Source of the DNA: Saccharolobus solfataricus
GTDB taxonomy: Archaea; Thermoproteota; Thermoprotei_A; Sulfolobales; Sulfolobaceae
Direction of reading: 5' to 3'
Assembly (NCBI RefSeq): GCF_900079115.1
Contig: NZ_LT549890.1
Coordinates: forward strand, 2,280,001 to 2,312,000
DNA: 32,000 bases
Position numbers and translations under genes: made by a program. Shown here one piece after another: positions 9,537-17,639 of the stretch (positions are counted from its first letter, which is position 1; the number at the start of each line of letters is the position of its first letter). The notes below the pieces were generated by a model. That model was not told the DNA's origin, did no database searches, and worked only from the letters and a program-made list of their open reading frames with translations.

Positions 9537-9980
9537 TTGAAGATCAAATTAAAGTCTCTTGTAAGAGTTATTGGAGAAGAGGAGCTAGCGGTAATTCCTC
9601 TAGCAGAGAACGAGTATTATGTGGAGTGCCTAAATTTTTATGAAGACGTAGAAGGAGGAAGACAAGCTAGGTTGGTTGTGGTAGTGGATAAGTATGGAAT
9701 AATAAGACAAGATCAAGTAAATTTTATAAAAGGTAAAAAGACATTTGTGGATGCTATAGGTGTAGAGGATGATTTCAGAAAAATAAATAGTGTATTGAAG
9801 CTAGATAGAGTAGCTAGAATGTTTAAGGTTCCATTATATTTTGATATCGAAATAGTTGAAAAACCCGACGTTTCTAAAAGGGGAATAAGGGGACTTTACA
9901 ACTATTTATCAGTTCATAAGGAAATAGATATAGGAAAGTTGAGGGGTTTAGTAAATTTAAGTATCGAAGAACTTGTCTAA
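9537..9980 (+). CDS. Hypothetical protein, family not recognised
   Basis: 147-aa ORF with a TTG start and an upstream SD-like motif. Its codon usage resembles that of its neighbours. Its 3' end overlaps the dpo4 3' end by 24 nt (convergent). Confidence 0.5.
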   Translation: MKIKLKSLVRVIGEEELAVIPLAENEYYVECLNFYEDVEGGRQARLVVVVDKYGIIRQDQVNFIKGKKTFVDAIGVEDDFRKINSVLKLDRVARMFKVPLYFDIEIVEKPDVSKRGIRGLYNYLSVHKEIDIGKLRGLVNLSIEELV

Positions 9981-11015
9981 TCCTATTGCTTCAATAAATT
10001 TACTGAACCTTACTCCGATTCTTCTTATCTTTCTCTCATCCTCTTCCAATATCTTCTGTAATAATTTTACTGATTCACTATATGCAGTTTCCTTACTTAT
10101 TCCATGAGGGAACGTTCTTCCTCTACTTACGATATCTAAATCCTCCGTTACTGCGACTACGTGAATAGCTTTAGGAATCCTCTTATCTAACTTATAATAT
10201 GATTCTTCTATTGCTCTAAATAAATACGGTTTTATTTCCTCCAGATTCCTGCTATTTCTCTTCATCGTTACAATTCTCCCAATACTCTTTCGTACTCTAG
10301 TTCTTATAGGCTCGTTATACTCGTCTCTAGCTAGAGAGATCAAATATTTAGCCTTAGCTTCGCCTATCATTCCCTTTAGTTTATCAAATTCAATGCTTAA
10401 CGTATCAACTAGCTTGTTAATACCTAACTTCTTTAGTTTCTCCGCAGTTATATTACCTATTCCGGGTACATCCGCTATATCTAGCTCTCTTATTAATCTT
10501 TTAACTTCTTCATCATCAATAACTTTTATTCCATTTGGCTTTGCCATATCAGCAGCAATTTTCGCAAATACCTTATTCTTGGAAATCCCTACAGTAACTG
10601 TAATTTTCTCTTTTTCAAGTATTTTGTTCTTAATCTCCAAACCTAGATTATATGCCTCTCTATAATCTCTGACTTTGTCTGAGATATCAAGATAAGCCTC
10701 ATCTATACTTGCAATCTCGATCTTCTCGGAGTATTCTCTTAGTAAGTTCATTATTCTACTGGAAACTTGCTGATATACTTCCTTTCTCATGGGTAAGTAA
10801 ACTGCATTAGGTAATATTTTCTTAGCCTCAACGATTGGTATTCCAGCTTTTACTCCAAATTTTCTAGCTTCATAGTTTGCAGTAGCCACAGCACCGCTAT
10901 CCTCAAATCTCCCTGAAAATACACAAACAACAACTGGTTTTCCTTTCAAAGACGGATTTAAAACTTCTTCAACTTGAGCGTAAAAGTAGTCAAAATCAAC
11001 GAAAAGAACAATCAT
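9957..11015 (-). CDS. dpo4: Y-family DNA polymerase IV (Dpo4, a DinB homolog)
   Basis: The 352-aa protein begins [36 protein letters not shown] and ends [12 protein letters not shown]. It matches the S. solfataricus Dpo4 sequence as I recall it, and Y-family motifs ([16 protein letters not shown]) are present. Confidence 0.95.
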
Positions 11016-11863
11016 TTACATATAACATTTGGTTTCTTCTTCCTTAAATACTCTCTTACCTCTTCTAATGTTGGTGAAGAAATTCCTCCTATTCTTGAGA
11101 CCTTAAGACCTGATGCAACACTAGCAACTTGTAGACTTTTCACAATATCCTTATCTTCAGAGTATGTCACATTAAATGCAGCATCAAAGGTATCTCCAGC
11201 TCCGGTAGTATCAACTATCTTCTCTACTTGTATTGGTTCAACCGAACATTCTTCAGTCTCGGTAATTATCTTTGCCCCTTTCTTGCCCATTTTAATCACT
11301 ATAAATCTGGCTCTTATGTTCTTATCTTCGATCATTTCATATTCTTTTTCATTAACATATAGGATATCTACGTCAACTGACTCTATATTTTTAGCCTGCG
11401 GACCAGGATCGTAACTTACTAGTTTTGCATAAGGGTCTCTCACAACGACGTTTGGCGATACTGAGGCGAAGTGAATAACGTCAAACAGTCCAAAACGCCT
11501 TTTAACATCCTCTCTTGTTAGTAATATTGATGCACCAAGTCTTCTTACCATAGATAGCGTTCCATCATTTCTTAAGAAGATTAATGTGGCGCTAGGTTTC
11601 TCATTTAGTTCTTCTACGTACTCTAATCCTACTCCTAATTCTACTACCTTCTCCATTAAACTTCTAACTACTTCACTTTTCCCAACCTTTGCTAATAGTT
11701 TGGCCGAGTGACCTAATTTGGTCACTGCTACTGCGTAGTTTGTTGCAGCTCCTCCAGGCATGATTTCAAGAACATCGGTCATATGGCTAGAGTCTATGGG
11801 TGGAATAGAATCCAATTTTACTATGATATCAATGTTAAATCTTCCCACTGCCAGATGTATCAA
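11012..11863 (-). CDS. PfkB-family carbohydrate/nucleoside kinase
   Basis: 283 aa with a TTG start. It has [10 protein letters not shown] near the N-terminus and the [13 protein letters not shown] PfkB signature near the C-terminus. Its stop overlaps the dpo4 start as ATGA. Confidence 0.8.
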   Translation of the reverse strand: MIHLAVGRFNIDIIVKLDSIPPIDSSHMTDVLEIMPGGAATNYAVAVTKLGHSAKLLAKVGKSEVVRSLMEKVVELGVGLEYVEELNEKPSATLIFLRNDGTLSMVRRLGASILLTREDVKRRFGLFDVIHFASVSPNVVVRDPYAKLVSYDPGPQAKNIESVDVDILYVNEKEYEMIEDKNIRARFIVIKMGKKGAKIITETEECSVEPIQVEKIVDTTGAGDTFDAAFNVTYSEDKDIVKSLQVASVASGLKVSRIGGISSPTLEEVREYLRKKKPNVICK

Positions 11864-11869
11864 TTAAAA

Positions 11870-11875
11870 TCACCC
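11870..11875 (-). promoter_or_regulatory. Shine-Dalgarno-like GGGTGA motif for the pfkB-family gene
   Basis: The minus strand reads GGGTGA, then TTTTAA, then TTG (the start at 11863). Confidence 0.5.
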
Positions 11876-11933
11876 ATGTCAGACAGCCGCCACTCAATCA
11901 CTTTATCAGTCCCAAAGGTCTTCATCACATGTT
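11873..11933 (-). ncRNA. Box C/D sRNA candidate 1 (2'-O-methylation guide)
   Basis: The minus strand reads ACAT-GTGATGA(C)-AGACCTTTGGGA(12 nt)-CTGA(D')-TAAA-GTGATTG(C', degenerate)-AGTGGCGGCTGT(12 nt)-CTGA(D)-CATGG. Box coordinates are C 11922-11928, D' 11906-11909, C' about 11894-11901 and D 11879-11882. There is short terminal complementarity (CAU/AUG). Confidence 0.75.
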
Positions 11934-11950
11934 ATCTTTACATAATGTTA

Positions 11951-11960
11951 TATTAATAAA
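11951..11960 (-). promoter_or_regulatory. Candidate TATA box driving sRNA candidate 1, and possibly the pfkB-dpo4 operon
   Basis: The minus strand reads TTTATTAATA, centred about 24-27 nt upstream of the predicted sRNA 5' end. Confidence 0.45.
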
Positions 11961-12091
11961 GCTTACATTATTCTGGTGATTTAACGTGCAATCAAAACTC
12001 TTGTTCTCTCACAGACAAGTTGTGTCATAATATAAAACCTCACAGATTTAGAGTTAATCTCAAAAACTTTATTATATATTATTACTGTGAG

Positions 12092-13450
12092 ATGTCGGAG
12101 ATACGTGAGTTAAAGAAACCTATACGTGAAAAAGCGAGTATTCATAGCCATATTAAAGGTTTAGGCTTGGATAGTAATGGGAAAGCGAAATTTATTGCAG
12201 ATGGGCTGGTTGGCCAAGCTGAGGCCAGAGAGGCAGCAGGGGTTGTTGTACAACTAATAAAACAAGGAAAGATGTCCGGAAAAGGGATACTATTTGTTGG
12301 CCCTCCGGGAACCGGAAAAACCGCATTAGCTGTAGCAATTGCCAGGGAATTAGGTGAGGATACTCCATTTACTGCAATTAATGCTTCTGAAATATACTCT
12401 ACAGAACTTAAGAAAACTGAAATATTAACTCAATTAATAAGGAAATCAATCGGTGTGAGAATTAGAGAAAAAAGGCTAGTGTACGAAGGTGTCGTGAAAG
12501 ATAGGAAGATTAAGGTTGCCAGAAGTAGACTAAATCCCTATTCTCAGGCTCCAGTTGAGGCTCAAATAACTTTGACTACTAAAGATGATGAAAGGACATT
12601 ATCAGTAGGTGAGGAAATAGCTCAACAACTAGTATCCTTAGGCGTTAAGAAGGGCGATGTTATCATGATTGATGCTCAAACTGGACAGGTCATAGTTGAA
12701 GGAAAGGCTAAAGGTTTTGAGGGTGCCAAAACCTATGATATAGAGACCACGAAAGTGCTAGAGATGCCTACTGGACCTGTGCGAAAAGAAAAGGAAATAA
12801 CCACTACGCTAACCTTAAACGATTTAGATTTGAATTTAGCAGCTAGAAATCTAGCTGTTACGGCTATTTTCTCGTTCTTTACTGAAAGAGAAATAAACGA
12901 GGACGTCAGAAAAGAAGTTGATAGACTAGTTAAGGATTGGATTAATCAAGGTAGGGCGGAATTGGTAGTTGGAGTCCTATTTATTGACGACGCTCATACG
13001 CTCGATTTAGAAGCGTTCTCATTCCTAACTAGGGCTCTAGAGTCTGAACTAGCTCCAATACTAATCTTAGCAACCAATAGGGGCATAACTAAAATTAGAG
13101 GTACTGATATAGAATCGCCTCATGGGATTCCTCTTGACCTATTAGACAGATTATTGATAATACCGACTAGACCTTATAATGCTGATGAAATTAAAGAGAT
13201 AATTAAGATTAGAGCCGATGAATTAGAAATTGAATTAGATCCTCAAGCTTTAGAGGAATTAACTAAAATAGGTGTAGAAAATAGTCTGAGATACTCTGTT
13301 CAACTACTAGAACCATCTCTTGTAATTGCCCAAAGAAATAATAGGAGCGTTATAAAGGTTGAAGATGTATTAGAGGCTTCAAAACTATTCTCGGATGTTA
13401 AGAGGAGTGTAAAGTTTGTAAAGGAGTATGAGAATCTATTATTGAAATGA
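12092..13450 (+). CDS. TIP49/RuvB-like (RUVBL, pontin/reptin family) AAA+ ATPase
   Basis: The protein starts [27 protein letters not shown].. and has Walker [12 protein letters not shown], an insertion domain between the Walker motifs, Walker B VLFIDDAH and ATNRG sensor motifs. I chose the ATG at 12092 instead of the track's TTG at 12020. Confidence 0.85.
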   Translation: MSEIRELKKPIREKASIHSHIKGLGLDSNGKAKFIADGLVGQAEAREAAGVVVQLIKQGKMSGKGILFVGPPGTGKTALAVAIARELGEDTPFTAINASEIYSTELKKTEILTQLIRKSIGVRIREKRLVYEGVVKDRKIKVARSRLNPYSQAPVEAQITLTTKDDERTLSVGEEIAQQLVSLGVKKGDVIMIDAQTGQVIVEGKAKGFEGAKTYDIETTKVLEMPTGPVRKEKEITTTLTLNDLDLNLAARNLAVTAIFSFFTEREINEDVRKEVDRLVKDWINQGRAELVVGVLFIDDAHTLDLEAFSFLTRALESELAPILILATNRGITKIRGTDIESPHGIPLDLLDRLLIIPTRPYNADEIKEIIKIRADELEIELDPQALEELTKIGVENSLRYSVQLLEPSLVIAQRNNRSVIKVEDVLEASKLFSDVKRSVKFVKEYENLLLK

Positions 13451-13497
13451 TGTCTGGTGACGGCTCTGAGACGTGATGTCACCAAAAGTCTGATCAA
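13442..13497 (+). ncRNA. Box C/D sRNA candidate 2, overlapping the TIP49 stop codon
   Basis: The plus strand reads TTGAA-ATGATGT(C, 13447-13453)-CTGGTGACGGCT(12 nt)-CTGA(D', 13466-13469)-GAC-GTGATGT(C', 13473-13479)-CACCAAAAGT(10 nt)-CTGA(D, 13490-13493)-TCAAT. A TTGA/TCAA terminal stem is possible, and a T6 run follows. Confidence 0.65.
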
Positions 13498-13499
13498 TA

Positions 13500-13513
13500 T
13501 TTTTTAAATATCC
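13500..13513 (+). promoter_or_regulatory. T-run/TATA-like element: a likely terminator for TIP49 and sRNA 2, and a TATA for the leaderless guaA-subunit gene
   Basis: TTTTTTAAATATCC begins 6 nt after the D box and is centred about 26 nt upstream of the GTG at 13532. Confidence 0.4.
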
Positions 13514-13531
13514 CAAAACTTAGATTTTAGT

Positions 13532-14098
13532 GTGAAAGTAGGTTTAGTGTATTATGGTGGACAATACAATCACCTAATTCTTAAAAATGTAAAGTATTTA
13601 GGAGCAGAGATTGAGGTAGTTCCACCACATAAGCCAGTAGAGGAGCTAAGGAAATTTGACTGTGTTATATTTAGTGGGGGTCCATATTCTGTATCAGAGG
13701 AAATTCACAAAATGGGAAATTCTCCTCTTTATATAAGGGAACTGAAAGTTCCAATGTTAGGTATATGTTTAGGTCATCAGCTAATTGCCTATGTATTGGG
13801 TGGAATCGTAAGAAGGGCCCTAAATCCAGAATACGGGCTTACCAGAATAAATATATTTGATGAGGATACTATTCTAAAAGGTTTCTCACAGCAATTAAAC
13901 GTTTGGGAAAGTCACAATGATGAGGTAGTGGAACCGCCTAGCGGATTTAGAGTACTAGCGAGTAGTGCAAATGCTAGAGTTCAAGCAATGGTGAACTCAA
14001 GCAATTCAATATTTGGTGTTCAATTTCACCCTGAAGTTAAACATACGGAAAGGGGAATAGAAGTCTTCAAGAACTTCTTAGGAGTATGTAGAAAATAG
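13532..14098 (+). CDS. guaA: GMP synthase, glutamine amidotransferase subunit (class I GATase)
   Basis: 188 aa with a GTG start. It has the GICLGHQL nucleophile-elbow motif and the FHPE histidine motif. Its size matches the archaeal split GuaA subunit A. Confidence 0.8.
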   Translation: MKVGLVYYGGQYNHLILKNVKYLGAEIEVVPPHKPVEELRKFDCVIFSGGPYSVSEEIHKMGNSPLYIRELKVPMLGICLGHQLIAYVLGGIVRRALNPEYGLTRINIFDEDTILKGFSQQLNVWESHNDEVVEPPSGFRVLASSANARVQAMVNSSNSIFGVQFHPEVKHTERGIEVFKNFLGVCRK

Positions 14099-14100
14099 AT

Positions 14101-14889
14101 TCACTTTAACTCTTCTTCAGCCTTCTTACCACTCTCAACTATCTGTCTCTTTACCTTTTCTGGTAGAGTGTAATCTTCTCTTCTTTCCTCTAATCTTCCC
14201 TTCAGAACTATTCCCTTACCATTAACGATATCTATTTCCCACACGTGCTTATCATGGTCAGTTTGTCTCATCTTTTCAATTAATATATACCTATGAAGTT
14301 CTCCATTCTTTACCATTCTTCTAAATCTGATAATTCCATCTGCAACATGCTCAACCCCAAATCCAAATGCTTGGGATGTGGTTATTGCGTACTGTGAAGT
14401 TGCATATATTGTGAAATTCCATTTGTTTAGGACCCTCTTAAGATAATAACTTATTTTCCTCGCCATTGCAGGTTTGTCCAAAAATAACGCACTTACGGAA
14501 TCAATTACTAATCTAGACTTACCATAACCTAACTTCTGCTTAGCCTCAATTACCTTATTTATTAGCTCCTCTGGAGTTAAGTTCACTAAGGCCCACTGAT
14601 CCTCTTTTTCCCTCATTAACGCATCTATTATTATCAATTTCTTCTCTATATACTCCTCAAAATCCCAATTAAACTGTTTGGCTTGCCTTATTATTGAATC
14701 TCTACTTTCCTCAGTTGTAACGTATATACAAGGGTCTCCCTCCTTTAATCCCTTAGCAATGAAGTGAAGTGAAAATATAGTCTTTCCGGTCCCTGGTTCT
14801 CCAGTTAACGCTATGAAAAATCCTTGAGGGATTCCGCCTTGTACTAACTTATCAAATTCTGGTATTCCAGTAGATAGTCGGCTTACCAT
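14101..14889 (-). CDS. RadA paralog / KaiC-like RecA-superfamily ATPase (aRadC type)
   Basis: 262 aa. STGIPEFDKLVQGGIPQGFFIALTGEPGTGKTIFSLHF is a RecA-like core with a Walker A motif. From memory, it resembles the characterised S. solfataricus RadA paralog Sso2452. Confidence 0.8.
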   Translation of the reverse strand: MVSRLSTGIPEFDKLVQGGIPQGFFIALTGEPGTGKTIFSLHFIAKGLKEGDPCIYVTTEESRDSIIRQAKQFNWDFEEYIEKKLIIIDALMREKEDQWALVNLTPEELINKVIEAKQKLGYGKSRLVIDSVSALFLDKPAMARKISYYLKRVLNKWNFTIYATSQYAITTSQAFGFGVEHVADGIIRFRRMVKNGELHRYILIEKMRQTDHDKHVWEIDIVNGKGIVLKGRLEERREDYTLPEKVKRQIVESGKKAEEELK

Positions 14890-14912
14890 AATTTTAAATA
14901 TCGATTTTGAGA

Positions 14913-14922
14913 ATTTTAAAAT
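14913..14922. promoter_or_regulatory. Palindromic A/T element ATTTTAAAAT, a candidate shared TATA for the divergent RadA-paralog and PTP genes
   Basis: This perfect 10-bp palindrome is centred about 27 nt from the RadA-paralog ATG (14889). It lies about 50 nt upstream of the PTP GTG (14968). Confidence 0.35.
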
Positions 14923-14967
14923 GATCTGTGACGCTCAGCGGATCTTCTGATATGGAAGTGATGAGTT

Positions 14968-15453
14968 GTGTATTGGGTTAGAAAGAGAATTATAGGGGGT
15001 TCTGGACTACCTTATATCGAGAACGAAATTTTAGAATGGAGGAAAGAAGGAGTAAAAAGAGTACTGGTCTTACCAGAGGATTGGGAAATTGAAGAGGGTT
15101 GGGGTGATAAGGAATATTATCTAACCGTTCTCAAGAAAAATGAACTCCAACCTTTGCACGTCCCGATTCCAGATGGTGGAGTTCCCTCAGATTCTCAATT
15201 TCTTACCATAATGAGATGGCTATTAAGTGTAAAAGAAGGTAATTTAGTTCATTGCGTTGGTGGGATAGGAAGAACTGGTACAATTTTAGCTAGTTATCTA
15301 ATTTTAACCGAAGGCTTAGATGCAGAGTCCGCTATTAATGAAGTTAGACTGGTGAGACCTGGTGCTGTGCAAACGTATGAGCAAGAGATGTTCTTATTAC
15401 GTGTAGAGGGGAGGAGAAAATATTGGTTGAAAAGCATTTTCTCGAATTCTTAG
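14968..15453 (+). CDS. Cys-based protein tyrosine / dual-specificity phosphatase (SsoPTP-like)
   Basis: 161 aa with a GTG start. It has the [10 protein letters not shown] active-site P-loop (C-x5-R). The N-terminus MYWVRKR..GGSGLPY resembles SsoPTP as I recall it. Confidence 0.85.
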   Translation: MYWVRKRIIGGSGLPYIENEILEWRKEGVKRVLVLPEDWEIEEGWGDKEYYLTVLKKNELQPLHVPIPDGGVPSDSQFLTIMRWLLSVKEGNLVHCVGGIGRTGTILASYLILTEGLDAESAINEVRLVRPGAVQTYEQEMFLLRVEGRRKYWLKSIFSNS

Positions 15454-16019
15454 AGAAATTCCAATACCTTATATCTAAAAACGTTAAAATAACTCATTAT
15501 GGCGTTGAAAATGTTAAGAAGATTTGTGCAGTAGATGTCGCATATAAGGGTAATCTAGGATTCTCAGTCGGTGTAAGTATGGATATTAGAAGTGAGGAGT
15601 ATAATTATAAATCTTATGTTGGCGAAGTGAACTTTCCATATATTCCAGGTTTCCTTTTCATGAGAGAAGCTCCGTTAATGATAAAAGCAATAGAAGGATT
15701 AGAATGTCAACTTCTTTTGGTTGATGGTCACGGAATAGCTCATCCTAGGAAAAGTGGAATTGCTGCAGTTATAGGTGTTCTTCTAGATTTCCCAACAATT
15801 GGGGTAGCAAAATCTAGACTTACTGGGGAGCTAGTTAATGAGAACGAAATTACTTATGTTTATCTTAATGGGGAGAAAGTTGGGGTTAAATTTGGGAGAT
15901 ATTTTTATAGTCCGGGCAATGGGGTGGATTTGCAAGATTGCATAGAATTAGGTAAGAGAGGATATCCTAAAGTTCTGAAAATAGCCGACATGCTAACTAA
16001 GAAGATAAAAAAGGAATAA
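15423..16019 (+). CDS. nfi: Endonuclease V (inosine-specific endonuclease)
   Basis: 198 aa. It has the [19 protein letters not shown] and [12 protein letters not shown] motifs of the EndoV family. The TTG start overlaps the PTP gene by 31 nt. Confidence 0.85.
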   Translation: MVEKHFLEFLEKFQYLISKNVKITHYGVENVKKICAVDVAYKGNLGFSVGVSMDIRSEEYNYKSYVGEVNFPYIPGFLFMREAPLMIKAIEGLECQLLLVDGHGIAHPRKSGIAAVIGVLLDFPTIGVAKSRLTGELVNENEITYVYLNGEKVGVKFGRYFYSPGNGVDLQDCIELGKRGYPKVLKIADMLTKKIKKE

Positions 16020-16023
16020 AAGT

Positions 16024-16641
16024 GTGTATATGGTAAATTTAATTATGAAAATTGAAGTACCAACTATCCCAGAACATAAAGAGATAGTATTAGATCCCAC
16101 CAATACCGCATTGATAATTGTAGATATGCAAAATGATTTCGTAAGAAAAAACGGTAAACTGTCAGTCCCTACTGCGGAGGCTACTATACCATATATAAAG
16201 AGATTAATTGAAAAGGCTAGAAGTTCTAATGCTTTGGTAATATACACACAAGATTGGCATATGAAAGATGACCCAGAATTCAAAATATGGGGGGAACACG
16301 CATTAGCGGGAACCTGGGGTGCAGAAATAATTAACGAACTAGCTCCAGAAAAGGAAGATTTCATAATAAAGAAGTATAGATATGATGCATTCTTCGAATC
16401 TTCATTAGATTATATTCTTAGAGTCAAAAATATTAAAAATACAGTAATTACGGGCACTGTAGCGAATATTTGTGTATTACATACTGCGGGTAGTGCTGCT
16501 TTAAGGTGGTATAATGTAATTATGCCAAAGGATTCAATATCAGCAATAACTGAGTTTGATTATTATGCTGCATTAAGGCAAGTAGACTTTTTATACAAGG
16601 GAATAATAACTACTGCAGACGGTATTAAATTTGAGAGGTAG
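16024..16641 (+). CDS. pncA: Nicotinamidase/pyrazinamidase (isochorismatase-like cysteine hydrolase)
   Basis: ALIIVDMQNDF supplies the catalytic Asp, TQDWHMKDDPEF..WGEHA is a PncA-type D-x-H...H metal site, and ANICVLHTA supplies the catalytic Cys. The start is ambiguous (GTG 16024, ATG 16030 or ATG 16045). Confidence 0.7.
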   Translation: MYMVNLIMKIEVPTIPEHKEIVLDPTNTALIIVDMQNDFVRKNGKLSVPTAEATIPYIKRLIEKARSSNALVIYTQDWHMKDDPEFKIWGEHALAGTWGAEIINELAPEKEDFIIKKYRYDAFFESSLDYILRVKNIKNTVITGTVANICVLHTAGSAALRWYNVIMPKDSISAITEFDYYAALRQVDFLYKGIITTADGIKFER

Positions 16642-16649
16642 GTAATAAA

Positions 16650-17639
16650 TTGGAATACTATGCCATAGTACATAACGATTTTGATGGAACAGCGTCTGCA
16701 GCCGTTTATGCTAGGGCAGTTAAGGCGTTACCTAAAAACGTGTTTTTCACAGAGCCAAACAAATTACACTCACTTCTAGCCTCATTGGAGCTTAGAGGAG
16801 TATATAATATCATGATCGCAGACTTGGGAATAAACGCTAGTACGTTCAATGAAATTGTAAAGAATTTAAAAAAACTGATCGATCAAGGTGCCAACGTAGA
16901 GTGGTTCGATCATCACGTTTGGAAGGATGAATGGAAAGAGGAATTAAGAAAAATAGGCGTTTCAGTATATCATGATACCTCGACATGCGGTGCAGGGGTT
17001 ATATATAAGTATAAAAACCCTAACGACGAGTTTTCCAGAAAGTTATCTTCAGCGGATTGTTCAGTTGATATATGGCTTCACGACGATCCTATGGGGGAGA
17101 AACTCAGAAGAATAGTTGAGAATAACAAGGACTACTCATGGAAAAATGAACTGATAAAAATGTTTTATAATGGAATATTGTGGAACAACACTTTTGATAA
17201 GACGCTAGAGGATGTTGTGTCTAAGGAGTTAGAGGGATATAAAAAAGTAATGAAGAGTTACAAGTTAATACAAATTAATGGTCATAAGGTTGTCGTGGCA
17301 GTAAGGTGGAAAGGGCCTCCTGATATAAGTTATGCTTCCCAGTTTTTGATGACTAGAACTAACGCTTCTGTCTTCGCATCAGCAAATGGAAAAAGTATTT
17401 CCTTTAGAAGTAAGGAAATTGATGTTAGGCAATTTGCTGTCAAGTTAGGTGGAGGAGGGCATCCCTTAGCCGCCGGGGCACAGCTAAAAGTTCCCATAAT
17501 ATATAGGTTTTTAAATAGGATTGGGATAAAAGGTCCTATGCTAAATTGGGTTACTAAAGTAGTTCAGAATACTATAGCAGAAGTCGGTTTTGTGGGGTAT
17601 CAAGAGAGTAAGAAGAGTAGCACTCCTTCGCCATATTAA
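16650..17639 (+). CDS. DHH/DHHA1-family phosphoesterase (RecJ/NrnA-like)
   Basis: 329 aa with a TTG start. It has VHNDFDGTASA (motif I), IADLG (motif II), WFDHHVW (the DHH motif) and GGGHPLAAGA (DHHA1). Confidence 0.8.
   Translation: MEYYAIVHNDFDGTASAAVYARAVKALPKNVFFTEPNKLHSLLASLELRGVYNIMIADLGINASTFNEIVKNLKKLIDQGANVEWFDHHVWKDEWKEELRKIGVSVYHDTSTCGAGVIYKYKNPNDEFSRKLSSADCSVDIWLHDDPMGEKLRRIVENNKDYSWKNELIKMFYNGILWNNTFDKTLEDVVSKELEGYKKVMKSYKLIQINGHKVVVAVRWKGPPDISYASQFLMTRTNASVFASANGKSISFRSKEIDVRQFAVKLGGGGHPLAAGAQLKVPIIYRFLNRIGIKGPMLNWVTKVVQNTIAEVGFVGYQESKKSSTPSPY

Noticed and set aside
14921-14964. C/D-box-like words lie in the RadA-paralog/PTP spacer: AATGATCT, CTGA at 14947-14950 and GTGATGA at 14958-14964.
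   Set aside because: The spacing is wrong, with 19 nt between the C-like word and CTGA. No D box follows GTGATGA at 10-13 nt. The GTGATGA is better explained as an SD-like element 3-5 nt upstream of the phosphatase GTG.
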